Of a DNA stretch of 17,958 nucleotides, positions 1-7,688 are shown in pieces; positions within the stretch are counted from its first letter, which is position 1; each line of letters begins with the position of its first letter. A program made the position numbers and the translations under genes. The notes below the pieces were generated by a model. The model had not been told where the DNA came from, made no database searches, and saw only the letters and a list, made by a program, of their open reading frames with translations. The DNA is from an archaeon (GTDB lineage: Archaea > Iainarchaeota > Iainarchaeia > Iainarchaeales > CSSED10-239): the NCBI GenBank assembly GCA_035390665.1, contig DAOOUC010000001.1:140734-158691 (forward strand), in the 5' to 3' direction.

Positions 1-83
1 AAAGAAAAACCAAAATTAGACAAAGCAACAACAAATGTTTTTAAACAGCTCTATCTACAATAATAATAAAGTAAGTTGATAAA

Positions 84-1175
84 ATGTATAAACAAAATAT
101 TTTTGAAAATAGAGTTGCAAAAGCAGAAAGTATCTTTAAAGATGAGCAGGTATTTTATCCAAATTATTTTCCAGAAAATATAAAAGCAAGAGATAAAGAA
201 ATTCAAGAAATTAGTTATTCTCTAAAACCAATAACAGAAAATAAAAGAGCACGAAATTTAATAATTTTTGGACCACCAGGGACAGGAAAAACGTTAATTT
301 CAAATTTTGTTTTAAAGCAATTGATGGAATATACACAAAAGGTAAAATGTTTATATATTAATGCAATTGAGGATAACACAAGATTTGCATTATATTCTAA
401 AATCCTAATGAGTATGTATTCTGTTCCAATCCCAAGAAGAGGCCTAGGAATAGATGAATTATTAAATAGACTTAAAGAAGAAGTAAAAAAGTCAGAAAAA
501 TTTCCAATATTAATTATTGATGAAGTTGATAAATTATCAAAAGAGGAAATTTCAGAAATACTTTATGATTTATCTAGATTTGAAATTAATCACAAATATA
601 TTACTTTAATATTAATAACAAATCACAAAGAGTTTTTAGTAAATCTAGACTCAAGAGCACAAAGTACATTATTTCTAACCGATCTGGAATTTAAAAAATA
701 TTCCCCAAAAGATCTTAAAGAAATTTTAATAGAAAGAATAGAATATGGATTAATAAAAAACGCAATATCTTTGGATTTAATTGGTTACATAACAGGATAT
801 GCTGCAAAGAATGGAGGAGATGCAAGAATTGCAATTGATCTATTATATAAGTCAGCTAAATATGCAGAAAAGATAGGGGTTTTAGAAATAACAAAAGAAA
901 TAGTTTTAGAATCTGGTAAACTTATTGATTCTGTAAAACTTTTAGAAAAATTAAATTATTTAGATAATAAGCAAAAAGAAATTTTATTGGCAATTCCAGA
1001 AAAAGGAATAGAATCAGGCAAATTATATGAATTATTTGAAGATTCAGATAGAACTATAAGACGTCATTTAGAATTTTTGGAAGACATTGGGCTAGTAAAG
1101 ATAAATCAAATAAACACTCAAAAAGGAAGAAAAAGAAATATAGAAATTACTTTTAATAAAGAATTATTAAAATAG
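84..1175 (+). CDS. orc1: Orc1/Cdc6 replication initiator (AAA+ ATPase with C-terminal winged helix)
   Basis: Walker A IIFGPPGTGKTL and Walker B ILIIDEVDKL. Sensor/arginine region ITNHKEF..LDSRAQS. N-terminal YFPENIKARDKEI matches the archaeal Orc1 lead-in. C-terminal wHTH-like segment RTIRRHLEFLEDIGLVK. Confidence 0.93.
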   Translation: MYKQNIFENRVAKAESIFKDEQVFYPNYFPENIKARDKEIQEISYSLKPITENKRARNLIIFGPPGTGKTLISNFVLKQLMEYTQKVKCLYINAIEDNTRFALYSKILMSMYSVPIPRRGLGIDELLNRLKEEVKKSEKFPILIIDEVDKLSKEEISEILYDLSRFEINHKYITLILITNHKEFLVNLDSRAQSTLFLTDLEFKKYSPKDLKEILIERIEYGLIKNAISLDLIGYITGYAAKNGGDARIAIDLLYKSAKYAEKIGVLEITKEIVLESGKLIDSVKLLEKLNYLDNKQKEILLAIPEKGIESGKLYELFEDSDRTIRRHLEFLEDIGLVKINQINTQKGRKRNIEITFNKELLK

Positions 1176-1212
1176 CATAAATTTAAAAATAATATCCAAT
1201 TAATAATAAATA

Positions 1213-1221
1213 AGGAGATGA
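1213..1221 (+). promoter_or_regulatory. Shine-Dalgarno site of the 226-aa orphan gene
   Basis: aggagatga differs by one mismatch from aGGAGGTGA (the complement of the 16S rRNA 3' end). It lies 7 nt upstream of ATG 1229. Confidence 0.5.
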
Positions 1222-1228
1222 AATAAAA

Positions 1229-1909
1229 ATGGGAAAAGCACCTATAGCAACAAGAAAAATAACTCCTAAAATGTTAGGATCATTAAAAGGAAAAACAGAA
1301 AAAGTTAATTCTAAAACTGCATTAACAAAAGAACAAATTAAAAAATTAGGTGAGCAAGCAAGAAATTCATTTAATTTTAAATTAAACAATTTTGAAAAAT
1401 ATGGTAATCGCAGCAGATACGAAACCTTAAAAGATTATAGCTATGATTTGAAAAAATTATCTGTTCGTTTAAAAGCAGACAAGGCTGCATTTGAAATAGA
1501 AACAGATTATAATCGTAAATCTAAACTATATGAAGATATTAAAACAAGAACAAATGAAATAATCTCCGGGAAAAGATTAATAAGATTAGAATTATTAACA
1601 GGAAAACTAGAGATTTTAACTAATATTTTAGCTGAAGAAAAGATAGTTTCTAGATTGCCTGAAAAGATTTGGGAAAATATAGAGTCTTTGAGAGGCATTT
1701 ATACAAAACAAGCAGAGTTTGATTTTCGTCATGGTAAATCTAGATTAATAAAAATGGAAGAATTAGATTCATTATGTATAGATTCTTTAAAAAAAATAAA
1801 TAGCATAAACAATGCAGAATCTATTGTGCCTAAATTAAGAGAATTAGAGGCGTTTTTATCTAATAAAAGAATAGAATTAAAAAAAGAATATCCAGAAATA
1901 GATTATTAA
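1229..1909 (+). CDS. Hypothetical basic, Lys-rich, predicted all-helical protein (226 aa); no family recognised
   Basis: Long uninterrupted ORF preceded by the SD-like AGGAGATGA (1213-1221) 7 nt upstream of the ATG. Composition matches neighbouring genes. I recognise no catalytic or binding motif. Confidence 0.6.
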   Translation: MGKAPIATRKITPKMLGSLKGKTEKVNSKTALTKEQIKKLGEQARNSFNFKLNNFEKYGNRSRYETLKDYSYDLKKLSVRLKADKAAFEIETDYNRKSKLYEDIKTRTNEIISGKRLIRLELLTGKLEILTNILAEEKIVSRLPEKIWENIESLRGIYTKQAEFDFRHGKSRLIKMEELDSLCIDSLKKINSINNAESIVPKLRELEAFLSNKRIELKKEYPEIDY

Positions 1910-1914
1910 TGAAG

Positions 1915-2664
1915 TTATTCATTATCTACTCTTGGAGCTAAGTAGTATCTAATTGCTGCAGTTCCAATTGTATAGTTTAATTCTATTGGCATATCGTCTT
2001 TTAGTTTTAAAGTTATTGTGCTTTTAGCATTCTTTATCATGTTTTGTAAATAATCTAATGGAAACATTGCTTTTGCCTTAGTTCCAGAAATAACAATATC
2101 TCCTGCTTCAACTTCTTGTTTAAATTTTCCTTTGCTACTTTGTGTTTCTAATATAAATTTTTCATCATTTACTCTTAAAACTAAATGAGAACTAAAAAGT
2201 GCTGCATCTTTGATTCCTGAGATTAATTGTTCTGGACCAACTTGCACAGTTACTTCAAATGGAATTTGTGGTAAAGGGTGTTGTTGATCTGAAACATCAA
2301 TTAATGGTATAGTAAATGATCTTTTGGATTTACCAATAAATTCAATTTGAATGCTTGGTTTCCCTTCTTTAATCTCTATTGAAAGCTTATCGTCAGCATT
2401 TGAGTGGGATAAGATTTGTAAAAGATTACTAATGTTTATACCAAATGATAATTTGCTTGCGCTTTCTTGGCCAATGTCAACAATAAATTCTTCAAATGCA
2501 TCTTTTGGCATAACAAAATCTACAAGACTTATTTGGCTTGGGTCTGTTGCTCTAAGAAAGAATTTTTCCTTATCAACAGTAAATAATCCTTCATTAATCA
2601 ATACCCCAATAGCATCAATACATTTATAGAATTCCTTTGCATCTTTTATTACAAGTTTTATCAT
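1915..2664 (-). CDS. pcn: DNA polymerase sliding clamp PCNA
   Basis: 249 aa, the canonical PCNA length. The N-terminus MIKLVIKDAKEFYKCIDAIGVLINEGLFTVDKEKFFLRATDPSQISLVDF follows the archaeal PCNA pattern (a..fk..i.ai..l.de..f....eGi.l.a.D.s.v.lv.l). GGTGA SD (complement of 2669-2673) lies 4 nt upstream of the ATG. Confidence 0.92.
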   Translation of the reverse strand: MIKLVIKDAKEFYKCIDAIGVLINEGLFTVDKEKFFLRATDPSQISLVDFVMPKDAFEEFIVDIGQESASKLSFGINISNLLQILSHSNADDKLSIEIKEGKPSIQIEFIGKSKRSFTIPLIDVSDQQHPLPQIPFEVTVQVGPEQLISGIKDAALFSSHLVLRVNDEKFILETQSSKGKFKQEVEAGDIVISGTKAKAMFPLDYLQNMIKNAKSTITLKLKDDMPIELNYTIGTAAIRYYLAPRVDNE

Positions 2665-2687
2665 TTTTTCACCAATTTTATTATATA

Positions 2688-3428
2688 TTATTGAAACAAA
2701 ACTAATTTAATATAACCGATATATGGAATTTTACCTATCTTTTTCCTTTGTATGTCTTCTATCCTTATAGGATATAGATTTAAACAGTTTTTTTGGGCAA
2801 TTATTTCGCCACCTTCTCTAATAATATCACAATCTTGATCTATATAAAGGTTTGTTTTGTGATTGTCTCCTTTTGTAATAATATAGGTTCCATCTTTTGC
2901 ATTTATTTTAAGTATTGCTCTGTGTATTATGTCTTTTCCATTAATATTTGATTTATAAACTACGACAGAGTTCTTATTTGTTATTGCGTCTTTTAAATAA
3001 AAGGTTTTTCTATTAATGGTTATGCTTTCTATTTCTTCTAAACCATATTCATTAATTGAATAGTTTAAATCCATAAATTCTTTAAGGTCTTTATATCTTA
3101 TGTTTTTATCTAAAGTTATTTCTGGAACCTTAAGGTTGTTTGGTTTAGTAAAAATAATCACATCTCCAATATGAAGATTAGGAACCATAGAGGAGCTTAC
3201 TACAATTGACATTGGTTCTGCTACTCCAAAGATTAACCCAAATATTTTATATAATAAGATAGCACATATAAATGCAGTTAAAATATAGCAACCCCAATAA
3301 ACAATATTTTTCCAAATACCTTCTTGTTTACCTATTGTTTTTTCTAAAAGTAAATCTACATAAGTAAATGGATCAAACCATTTGAGGAAATCAAATTTAT
3401 TTTTATGAACTTTATTTTTGTTTTTCAT
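2688..3428 (-). CDS. sec11: Signal peptidase I, archaeal/eukaryal Sec11 type (S26B), with an internal insertion
   Basis: N-terminal TM helix (YWGCYILTAFICAILLYKIFGLIFGV). Ser box VVSSSMVPNL, His box DIIHRAIL (His rather than the bacterial Lys), GDNHKTN box and C-terminal IGKIPYIGY. The ATG overlaps the rpoL stop by 4 nt. Confidence 0.8.
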   Translation of the reverse strand: MKNKNKVHKNKFDFLKWFDPFTYVDLLLEKTIGKQEGIWKNIVYWGCYILTAFICAILLYKIFGLIFGVAEPMSIVVSSSMVPNLHIGDVIIFTKPNNLKVPEITLDKNIRYKDLKEFMDLNYSINEYGLEEIESITINRKTFYLKDAITNKNSVVVYKSNINGKDIIHRAILKINAKDGTYIITKGDNHKTNLYIDQDCDIIREGGEIIAQKNCLNLYPIRIEDIQRKKIGKIPYIGYIKLVLFQ

Positions 3429-3706
3429 TTTTTAGTTACTGCTTTTTCTAAATTTTTAATAAGTCCATTAAATTCTTCTTCTGCTTCGTTAATACAATCA
3501 AGTAATACATCTTTTGCAGGTTTATCTCTTGTTCTTAAATAGATTGTAAATTCATTAACCAGGTTGTCTGCATTTTTCTTTGAAACAAATTCTACGTCTT
3601 TTTTTGTAGATGCAATATTAATAATCATATCAAAAAAAGAAGAGTCTTCATCTTTTACAATAAATTCTATTTCATTTTTGTTTTTATTTATAAATTCAAT
3701 ATCCAT
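3425..3706 (-). CDS. rpoL: DNA-directed RNA polymerase subunit Rpo11 (RpoL)
   Basis: 93 aa. MDIEFINKNKNEIEFIVKDEDSSFFDMIIN...DVEFVSKKNADNLVNEFTIYLRTRDKPAKDVL follows the RpoL pattern (i.il....n.lef.i.gEdHTl.N.l...l...p.V.fa.Y...HPl...p.l.i.T). However, the usual HT and HP residues are replaced. A perfect GGTGAT SD (complement of 3710-3715) precedes the ATG. Confidence 0.68.
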   Translation of the reverse strand: MDIEFINKNKNEIEFIVKDEDSSFFDMIINIASTKKDVEFVSKKNADNLVNEFTIYLRTRDKPAKDVLLDCINEAEEEFNGLIKNLEKAVTKK

Positions 3707-3709
3707 ATT

Positions 3710-3715
3710 ATCACC
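3710..3715 (-). promoter_or_regulatory. Shine-Dalgarno site of rpoL
   Basis: The minus strand reads GGTGAT 3 nt upstream of ATG 3706 and overlaps the csl4 stop codon. Confidence 0.5.
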
Positions 3716-4152
3716 TATTCTTTTGCGAATTTTTTAGAAACCGTATTTCCACAGTTTTTACAATTTGTGCTATTATTATCTAATGTTTCTTTGCATTTTT
3801 TACAAATACTTTTTATAACTCCAAGTTCTGGACTATTTGTTGCCATTTTGTATTCATAAGGGCCAACTTCTATAATTTTTGCTTTAATTATGTCTCCTTT
3901 TGAAAAACAAGATTCAGGTTTATCAACAAATTTAGTGTCTATATTTTTAACAAATATTACACCCATATCTGCAGGAGATAAAACCTTGTCATAGGCATGT
4001 TGTATTTCCATAACAACCATATTGTCTTTAACTACAACAATTTCGCCGATTACTAAATCTCCAACACCAAGTTTTTGTTTTTTCTTTATATTACCTAAAA
4101 TGGTATTAAATACTATTTCTTCATTCACAAATATCACATAATTAGAATTCAA
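3715..4152 (-). CDS. csl4: Exosome RNA-binding subunit Csl4 (S1 domain plus C-terminal zinc ribbon), N-terminally short
   Basis: S1 segment GDLVIGEIVVVKDNMVVMEI...GVIFVKNI..FVDKPESCFSKGDIIKAKIIEV. This is followed by LGVIKSICKKCKETL...CKNCGN, the Csl4 CxxC...CxxC ribbon. The only available start in the ORF is TTG at 4152, so the 5' end is uncertain. Confidence 0.7.
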   Translation of the reverse strand: MNSNYVIFVNEEIVFNTILGNIKKKQKLGVGDLVIGEIVVVKDNMVVMEIQHAYDKVLSPADMGVIFVKNIDTKFVDKPESCFSKGDIIKAKIIEVGPYEYKMATNSPELGVIKSICKKCKETLDNNSTNCKNCGNTVSKKFAKE

Positions 4153-4205
4153 TAATATATTTATATTAAAAAAGATTTATATATTGTTGGTTTAATTAGT
4201 TTTAT

Positions 4206-5066
4206 ATGGTAATGGAATTTATATTTAATCCAGCAAAGATTTCTAAAAATCCAAGTATAATATTTTTTGAAGCCCTATTTTTATCAATAATCTCTGTATT
4301 TTTTTCTGTTTTTATTTTTCCAAAAGAGTATGCAAGTATTGGTGTTTTATTATTTATAACCGTGGGGGCAATTCCTGTTTTTGCTAAGCTTTTTTCATAT
4401 AGTTCTTATCTTTTTAATTATTCTGAGAGTTTCTTTACAAGACACAAGATTTTATTTTTAGAAATTACTTATTTTTTCTTAGGTATATTTGTTGCATTTG
4501 TATTATTGTTCTTTATTCTAGGGCCAACAACAAAAGAAACAGTTTTTTCAACTCAATTAGGAGAAATTGAGGGTGTGACTAATCTTAGACAATCAATTAC
4601 AGGACAAGCAATAGAAACAAAAATTAATTCAGAAAATAATTTCACAAAAGTTTTCAAGATCGTTTTATTTAATAATTTTAATGTAATTATAAGAGCAGCA
4701 CTACTTTCATTTTTTTATGGAGCAGGGGCTTTATTTTTGATTGCTTGGAATGCATCTATTCTTGCAACAGTCATTTCTAGTGAAATATTTACAAGTATGG
4801 GTTCAATTACAGGGATATTTGGTATTTTTCAAGGTATAATACAGTCTTTTATTAATTTTTTAGGGTATATCCCTCATGGTTTTCCAGAAATGCTTTCATA
4901 TTTTATAATAAGTTTTGCGGGTGCAATGCTTGCAAGAGACCTTATGAAAGGTCTATTTACAACAGAATTTAGATGGAAAGTGCTTGTAGATATTCTATTT
5001 ATGGTTTCGTTATCAGTATTTTTATTAGTTCTTGGCGCCATAATAGAAGCAAGTTATTTCTTGTAG
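4206..5066 (+). CDS. Polytopic membrane protein of the SpoIIM/DUF95 family
   Basis: Multiple TM helices. Family-typical FNNFNVIIRAALLSFFYGAGALFLIAWNASILA and IPHGFPEMLSYFIISFAGAML (PHG.xE motif). Confidence 0.62.
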   Translation: MVMEFIFNPAKISKNPSIIFFEALFLSIISVFFSVFIFPKEYASIGVLLFITVGAIPVFAKLFSYSSYLFNYSESFFTRHKILFLEITYFFLGIFVAFVLLFFILGPTTKETVFSTQLGEIEGVTNLRQSITGQAIETKINSENNFTKVFKIVLFNNFNVIIRAALLSFFYGAGALFLIAWNASILATVISSEIFTSMGSITGIFGIFQGIIQSFINFLGYIPHGFPEMLSYFIISFAGAMLARDLMKGLFTTEFRWKVLVDILFMVSLSVFLLVLGAIIEASYFL

Positions 5067-5076
5067 TTTTATATAT
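5067..5076 (+). promoter_or_regulatory. Candidate TATA box for priL (leaderless or near-leaderless mRNA)
   Basis: ttttatatat is centred about 29 nt upstream of ATG 5101, and no SD-like purine motif intervenes. Caveat: TATA-like strings are frequent in this AT-rich DNA. Confidence 0.3.
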
Positions 5077-5100
5077 TTTTTCTAATATAATAAATATATT

Positions 5101-6093
5101 ATGCACAATTATGATTATTTATTAAAATATCCTTTTTCTAAAGAGGCAAAAGAATATATAGAGTCAAAAAATATAAATTTATTAGAAATCTCTCCAGTTA
5201 TTTTAGAGAAAATTGAAATGCAATTCAATAAATTGTTTGATATAGAAAATCAAAATAAATATTTTAATATTGACGAATTAAAAATAAAAGACAAAAAAAT
5301 AAATATTGATGAAGAATTATTAGTTTTCCCTTTGTCTAAGATAATCTTAAATACAGTAGATAACATTCCTTTGTTTCAAGCTTTTGCAAACTATCAACAG
5401 AAAAGGTTTTTGTATTTTATAAATAAAGACTATCAAATAAAGGATTATGATTCAATAGAAAAGATTCTAAAAGACATTTGCCCAAATCTTTTTCAAAATC
5501 AAAAAGGCTTTTTTATTTCTTTAGTTGATCTGCTATCATTAGATTTAGGAGAAGAGTATAAATTACAATATGCAAACTTAGAAAATGGAAATATATATTT
5601 TCCAAATAAAGAGGCGTTGATTGATTTCTTAGCAATTGTTTTAAAAAAAAGAATATTAAGAACAACAGAGATTAATAAGAAAGAACTTCCAAAATCTGTT
5701 GTTGAATTATCAAATAAGATTAAAGAAAAATATGCTTTGGTTCAAAGACAAAGAGAAGATTTTAATATAAATAAACCAAATATTGGAGAATTCCCTCCTT
5801 GTTTTGATAAACTTTATAATGATCTGTTATCTGGTCAGAAATTATCTCACATTGCTAATTATCATTTAGCTGTTTTTCTTTGTGGTGTTGGATATACTTA
5901 TGAAGAAGTTTTAGAGGCCTATAGGCACCTTCCTAATTTTGATGAAAAAATTGCAGGATATCAGATAAAAAAAATTTTAGAAAAAAAATATTCTGTTGCA
6001 AATTGTGAAACATTAAAATCAAATGGGTTGTGTGTTAAAGATTGTAAGGTTAAACACCCTCTACAACTATTAAGAAAAAAAGATGAAAAGTAA
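5101..6093 (+). CDS. priL: DNA primase large (regulatory) subunit PriL
   Basis: C-terminal Fe-S domain signature FPPCFDKLYNDLLSGQKLSHIANYHLAVFLCGVGYTYEEVLEAY...YSVANCETLKSNGLCVKDC (Cys ligands plus the H..R/N..L..fL...G core). 330 aa. Confidence 0.86.
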   Translation: MHNYDYLLKYPFSKEAKEYIESKNINLLEISPVILEKIEMQFNKLFDIENQNKYFNIDELKIKDKKINIDEELLVFPLSKIILNTVDNIPLFQAFANYQQKRFLYFINKDYQIKDYDSIEKILKDICPNLFQNQKGFFISLVDLLSLDLGEEYKLQYANLENGNIYFPNKEALIDFLAIVLKKRILRTTEINKKELPKSVVELSNKIKEKYALVQRQREDFNINKPNIGEFPPCFDKLYNDLLSGQKLSHIANYHLAVFLCGVGYTYEEVLEAYRHLPNFDEKIAGYQIKKILEKKYSVANCETLKSNGLCVKDCKVKHPLQLLRKKDEK

Positions 6094-6138
6094 ATCTTTT
6101 AAATCAAAGCCTAGATAATTAAATAGACGTGATTATGT

Positions 6139-7680
6139 ATGTTAAATGTTTTTAAAAAAAAGAAGAACAATAATAAGATTTTGTTCTTAATTTTAGATGG
6201 TGTAGGAATAAACAAAGATTATCCTGGTAACGCCGTTACTCAGGCAAATACGCCTTGTTTTAATAAATTATTAAAAGAATATCCAAATATTACTCTTGGA
6301 GCAAGCGAAGAATTTGTTGGGCTTCCTAAAGGACAAATGGGGTCTTCAGAAGTTGGACATTTTACTTTTGGTGCCGGGAAAGTAGTTGATTCAGAAATTG
6401 TAAGAATTGATAAAGCAATAAACAATGGCGAATTTTACAGAAATCAAATATTAAATGACGAATTATCTAAAATAAAAGGATTTCAAGCACTACATATTGC
6501 TGGATTATTAAGTGATGGGGGAATTCATTCTTCTATAAATCATTTATTTACCTTATTGGAAGTAGTTTCAAGATACAATAATATTTCTCAAGTATATTTG
6601 CATATCTTTACGGATGGAAGAGACACTTCTCCAAATTCATCAAAAGAATATATTTCTAAATTGCAAGAAAGAATAAAATTAACTCCAAAAGTGCAGATTG
6701 CTAGTATTTGTGGAAGATATTATGGAATGGACAGAGATAATCGTTGGGATAGACAAAAGAAATTATATAATTTGATTGTAAATGGAATAGGAGAAAGAGA
6801 AAACGATATTGTTAAATATATAGACAACAGTTATTCTCAAGGAGTAACAGATGAATTTTTAATTCCAACTTTATTTAATGAAAATGGATTAATTAAAGAT
6901 AAAGACACAATGATTTTTTTTAATTTTAGAAGCGACAGAGCAAGAGAGTTTACAAGAATGTTTGTAGATAAATCTTTTGATAGTTTCTTAACAAAAAAGA
7001 TGAGCGTGAACTTTATTACATTTACAGAATATGATTCTAAATTTAAAAATATAAAAGTATTATTTCCGCCTTTAAAACAACAACCAGGTCTTGGTCAGAT
7101 TATTTCAAAATTAGGATATAATCAATTAAGAATAGCAGAAACTGAAAAATATGCACATGTTACTTATTTTTTTAATTTAGGTGATGAGCACCCAAATAAA
7201 AGAGAAGATAGAATTTTAGTGCCATCTCCCGGTGTTTCAACATATGATTTAAAACCAGAAATGTCTGCAAAGATTATTACTTCAAGACTTTTAGAAACAT
7301 TAAACAAAGATTATAAATTAACAGTTGTAAATTTTGCAAATGGAGACATGGTAGGACACACAGGAAATATTTCTGCTGCAATAAAAGCAATGGAAACTGT
7401 AGATCAGTGTCTTGAAATTATTTTTAAAAAAGTTGATCTTGATAACACAACAGTCATTGTCACTGCAGATCACGGTAATTGTGATGAAATGCTTCTACCT
7501 GATGGAAAAACAAGCACTTCTCACAGTTTAAACAAAGTTCCATTTATTGTTGTTTCAAAAAAAGAACATAAATTAAGAACGGATAAAGAGCTTTCAATTG
7601 CTAATGTTGCTCCAACAATATTAAAATTACTTGATGAAAAAGTTCCAGAATATATGGCAGAAGATCTTTTAGATTATTGA
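6139..7680 (+). CDS. gpmI: 2,3-bisphosphoglycerate-independent phosphoglycerate mutase, bacterial GpmI type
   Basis: Near-complete GpmI motif set: LILDGVG, GQMGSSEVGH (catalytic Ser), GLLSDGGIHS, FTDGRDT, CGRYYGMDRDNRWDR, NFRSDRARE, ETEKYAHVTYFFN, NFANGDMVGHTG, TADHGN. 513 aa. GTGAT SD at 6129-6133. Confidence 0.94.
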   Translation: MLNVFKKKKNNNKILFLILDGVGINKDYPGNAVTQANTPCFNKLLKEYPNITLGASEEFVGLPKGQMGSSEVGHFTFGAGKVVDSEIVRIDKAINNGEFYRNQILNDELSKIKGFQALHIAGLLSDGGIHSSINHLFTLLEVVSRYNNISQVYLHIFTDGRDTSPNSSKEYISKLQERIKLTPKVQIASICGRYYGMDRDNRWDRQKKLYNLIVNGIGERENDIVKYIDNSYSQGVTDEFLIPTLFNENGLIKDKDTMIFFNFRSDRAREFTRMFVDKSFDSFLTKKMSVNFITFTEYDSKFKNIKVLFPPLKQQPGLGQIISKLGYNQLRIAETEKYAHVTYFFNLGDEHPNKREDRILVPSPGVSTYDLKPEMSAKIITSRLLETLNKDYKLTVVNFANGDMVGHTGNISAAIKAMETVDQCLEIIFKKVDLDNTTVIVTADHGNCDEMLLPDGKTSTSHSLNKVPFIVVSKKEHKLRTDKELSIANVAPTILKLLDEKVPEYMAEDLLDY

Positions 7681-7688
7681 AGATTAAT

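Noticed and set aside
1-83. Possible replication origin or ORB elements upstream of orc1.
   Set aside because: Only 83 nt are available. I see a TATA-like tttttaaa (38-45) and an SD-like gttgat (75-80), but no inverted or direct repeats resembling origin recognition boxes. This cannot be judged from the window.
1335-1385. PIP-box-like strings in the orphan protein next to pcna: QARNSFNF here, and QAEFDFRH near 1709-1732.
   Set aside because: Neither fits Qxx[LIM]xx[FY][FY]. Position 4 is Asn or Phe with the wrong aromatic spacing, and neither lies at a terminus.
1183-1389. A 68-aa minus-strand ORF, one of the antisense or off-frame ORFs in the track. The others are 1507-1698(-), 2351-2629(+), 6240-6425(-), 9069-9257(+), 9505-9708(+), 11569-11754(-), 15143-15406(-) and 17545-17745(-).
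   Set aside because: Each is nested inside a much longer ORF with clear family motifs. Their translations are low-complexity and hydrophobic or Ser/Leu/Phe/Ile-rich, as expected from reading AT-rich coding DNA in the wrong frame. None has an SD or TATA in the right place. The 1183-1389 ORF additionally spans an intergenic spacer.
7677-7688. Extended non-ATG starts proposed by the ORF track: TTG 7677 (pelota), TTG 10541 (rad50), GTG 17033 (kinase-like) and TTG 10465 (pilin).
   Set aside because: In each case a downstream ATG gives an N-terminus matching the family or signal-peptide consensus. Each ATG is also correctly spaced from an SD (17031-17037) or a TATA-like box (10527-10534, 10452-10461). 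The pelota case remains the least certain.
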